NCBI GenBank assembly: GCA_951406725.2
Contig: OX597814.1
Span: forward strand, 110,360,001 to 110,424,000
Length of the DNA stretch: 64,000 nt
Direction of reading: 5' to 3'
DNA from: Octopus vulgaris
Lineage: Eukaryota
Numbering within the stretch: position 1 is the first letter of the stretch; each line of letters opens with the position of its first letter. Made by a program: the position numbers and the translations under genes. A model generated the notes under the pieces. The model saw only the letters and a list, made by a program, of their open reading frames with translations, was not told where the DNA came from and searched no databases. Shown here one piece after another: positions 63,814-64,000 of this stretch.

Positions 63814-64000
63814 ATACCCTTCCTAACATCAACCACTTTGAGAGTGTAGTGGGTACTTTCTATGTACCACCAGCACATAAAAAGCACCCACTACATTCTC
63901 AGAGTGGTTGACATTAGGAAAGGCATATATCATCATCATCGTTTAACATCCGTTTTCCATGCTAGCATGGGTTGGACAGTTCAACCGGGGTCTGGGAAGC
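63814..64000. mobile_element. Head-to-head family A palindrome plus a further minus-strand tail
   Basis: 63814-63867 is inverted to 63873-63926; (CAT)n tail from 63930. Confidence 0.85.

Overview
AT-rich, repeat-dense animal genomic DNA; repeat families and composition suggest an octopus or other coleoid cephalopod (inference, not verified). One complete protein-coding gene lies on the + strand: a nuclear receptor of the NR5B/HR39 (FTZ-F1beta) type. It has five coding exons (21851-22745, 28833-29012, 30712-31154, 33360-33612, 37149-37426; 2049 nt, 682 aa) with phase-consistent GT-AG introns, and probably a non-coding first exon in a CpG-rich region near 1.1-2.3 kb. The rest is introns and flanks packed with mobile DNA: several tRNA-derived SINE families, RTE and CR1/L2 LINE ends, an internally deleted Gypsy (Mag-like) LTR element, a Helitron, a decayed mariner, hAT/mariner/piggyBac-type MITEs, long inverted repeats and microsatellites. 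The most interesting signal is a small retroelement that joins a tRNA-like Pol III head to a minimal hammerhead-ribozyme fold, with a Penelope-like inverted copy and a 13-bp TSD (44110-44450; second copy 17290-17577). Also notable are an expandable array of paired hairpins in the RTE 3' end, at which copies truncate and fold back, and several long intronic inverted repeats that are candidate dsRNA/ADAR substrates. Repeat boundaries were read by eye and are approximate unless TIR/TSD coordinates are given.
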